NCBI RefSeq assembly: GCF_963921235.1
Contig: NC_086097.1
Location: 3,844,001-3,908,000, forward strand
Direction: 5' to 3'
DNA from: Mobula hypostoma
Lineage: Eukaryota
Length of the DNA: 64,000 bases
Shown here: positions 61,690 to 64,000 of the stretch, piece by piece
Layout: each line of letters starts with the position of its first letter
Numbering within the stretch: position 1 is the stretch's first letter
Notes under the pieces: model-generated
The model's database searches: none
Told to the model about the DNA's origin: nothing
What the model saw: only the letters and a program-made list of their open reading frames with translations
Position numbers and translations under genes: made by a program

Positions 61690-61800
61690 CAGTGCCTATG
61701 AAAAGTATTTACCCCCTTTGGAAGTTTTCATGTTCTATTGTTTTCCAACATTGAACCACAGTGGATTTACTTTATTTTTTGACACTGATCAACAGAAGAA
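61690..61800 (+). mobile_element. Tc1-like transposon terminus, following a partial LTR at 61596-61689
   Basis: TA followed by CAGTGCCTATGAAAAGTATT, a typical Tc1 TIR start. Confidence 0.6.
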
Positions 61801-61991
61801 TGCCCAGAGTTGTAATAGTGTGACACTAACCGCTAGACTACTATGGCGCCCTATGCCCTCTAGGTTGTAAGATGCTCTTCACTTTAGCACCTCTATCAAA
61901 TCTGAATGGTGTCCCCACATGGACTGACACCAAACATGAGGTAACATAACCACACTTTACCATGGTCATTTTCTGTTATGTGGAGATACAC

Positions 61992-63864
61992 TGTTGTGTA
62001 ATTAATATTTCAGTTATATTTGAGTATTCTTATGTATATATATTGGTTGATTTAGTATTCTTGTCCTTTAAATAATTAATAACAGACTCTATGTAAAAAT
62101 ATGTTAGTTGCATATGTCATCATGCTATTATGTGATACATGTGTGTTTCACTTAAAGTAAACACAAAGTTCCTGGACTCCTGTATATTCCTTGAATTAAT
62201 TTAATGTTTTAAAGTTACAAACCATAACATTGGTGATGAGGTATTTTCAAAATGAACCTGAGAGGGCTTCCAAGCCACTGAAGCAGAGCAAGATGTTCAA
62301 AATTAAGAAAGAGCTGCGAGAGCACCAGCAAGTAAAAAAGACACCCCAGCATGTGCAAAGGTGGTCTTCAGAAGAGAGGACATGATTGACTTTTTTTTAA
62401 GTCAATAAAAAAACAGAAGAATTCGTGGGTTCATAAATAGTGAGTTCTGGGTGATAATAATCATTTTTTTTAATCCAAAATAGCTGAATGCATTGGAAAG
62501 ATTGATGAGTTTGATTACACAATGTGTAATTGGCTCATGTATACTGAATTATTGGAACCGTATTTTGAAGCAAATGAAATAGTCAGGGAGAAGCAAGTTC
62601 CAATTTTGCTGAGTGCATTAAGTTTAAAGGCATACAGCTTACCTCGAAGTTTGACTTCTCCAGCCAAACCAACAGAAACTAGCTTTGCGACTATTGTGAA
62701 AGTGATGCAGAAACACTTAGAACCAAAGCCATTGTTAATTGAAGAATGCTTTAGGTTTCATTAGCGTAATCAAAAAGAAAGGGAGTTCATTTCAGCATAC
62801 ATTGGCTGAACTGAAGCGATTGTATAAATATTGTTGGTTCAGTAATTGTCTTAATGATACACTAAGAGATTGTTTAGTTTGTGGAATCTTAAAAGAATGC
62901 ATTCAAAAATAGCTCCTAACTGAAGCACAACTTACATGCAAAAGAGCAGTGGAAATCACTGTTTCAATGGAAACTGCAGACAGAGATGCAATTGAGTTGC
63001 GTTCAGAAATTAAAGTGAGTGTGAATAAAATTGTAGAGTCTAAACAGAAATCGGCCTGGTCTAACAAATTGTGTTACAGTAGTGGCAGGAGTTCACATTC
63101 TCCAAACAAATGCAGCTCTAAAGGAGAAGCTTACAGAAAGTAAGCAACAAAGTAGATCATATGCAAAGAGCATGTTGGGCAGACAAACATAAGTTGTCTA
63201 TGCAGGGAAGAAGAAAAAGGAAGGAAGAGATGAGAGAAAGGATGTGATGAGAAAGAGAGAAGGAATGTGAGAAAGAAAAAGAAAAGGAGAAGAGTAAACC
63301 CAGTGAGAGAAAGGGAGAAGAAAGGTGTCCAGAGCTGTCAGAAACACTTCCTGCAACCTCAGAGTCAACTCCTACAACCACCATGGACTTGAGATTATTT
63401 CACAGCCGCAAGTCACACTGGCCAAGCAGAGTGATCTCGCTTGTCAGGAAATACATTATCGCACAAAAGAAAGAAATCCTTAACAACAATTAAGTCTTTC
63501 TGCCTGAATAGGACAATTCAAAATTTACTGTGCTGTGCATGTCTGTGTATAGTAGTTGTATTATATAGAATCCTGTGTTCTCTATTGTGTTGGAGTTTAT
63601 CGCTAAGCAGGGAGGATTGTTGTGTATTTAATATTTCAATAATTGTTAAGTAAGTATATATATATATAGTTTGATTAAGCATTCTTGTTCTTTAAATAAT
63701 TAATTACTGATTATATGTATCAACACATTAATTGCATACATCATCACACTACCATGTGATGTACATGTGCCTTGTTTAAAGCTAGCTGGAAGTTGCACCT
63801 GTATTCCCAGACCCCTGTGCTTTTTTTGAACTAATTTAATGTTTTGTAATTTCAAAGCATAACA
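61992..63864 (+). mobile_element. Non-autonomous gag-only Gypsy (Mag-like) LTR element
   Basis: TG..CA LTRs at 61992-62229 and 63618-63864, PBS-like TGGTGATGAGG, PPT aagcagggagga. Gag remnant W..Y.E.LE.YFEANEI..LLS..AYSL..HLEPKPLLI.E.FRFH; no pol motifs. Confidence 0.85.
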
Positions 63865-64000
63865 AGGCCATAAGATATACGATCAGAATTTAGTCAGAGG
63901 GTGGTGAATCTATGGAATTTGTTGCCACGGGCAGCAGTGGAGACCAAGTCATTGGGTGTAGTTAAGGCAGAGATTGATAGGTATCTGAGTAGCCAGGGCA

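Overview
Repeat-dense vertebrate genomic DNA, most likely a cartilaginous fish (inferred from CR1 LINE dominance, HE1/V-SINE-like repeats and Penelope remnants). The only host gene I can support is on the + strand: five frame-consistent GT-AG exons (28406-59748) encoding the C-terminal part of a CCDC197-like (CCDC42/DUF4200-related) coiled-coil protein, with its upstream exons outside the window. Almost everything else is transposon-derived: many CR1 LINEs including young near-identical copies, a decayed hAT transposon, a chromodomain Gypsy element, a Nimb/I-group LINE, RTE and Rex1/Babar-L2 fragments, a Chapaev3-like element, a gag-only LTR element, solo LTRs, SINEs and Penelope-like fragments. 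Most notable: (1) repeated minimal hammerhead ribozymes in Penelope terminal repeats, several on the host sense strand and one just after the stop codon; (2) multi-level CR1-in-CR1 nests and kb-scale inverted repeats bracketing an in-frame exon; (3) a Nimb insertion with a triplicated target site; (4) a consensus REST/NRSF site inside the hAT element; (5) a CR1 5' UTR with tandem monomers and a consensus splice donor upstream of an ATG-starting host exon. Family and gene names come from motif recognition by eye, not database searches, and element boundaries are approximate.
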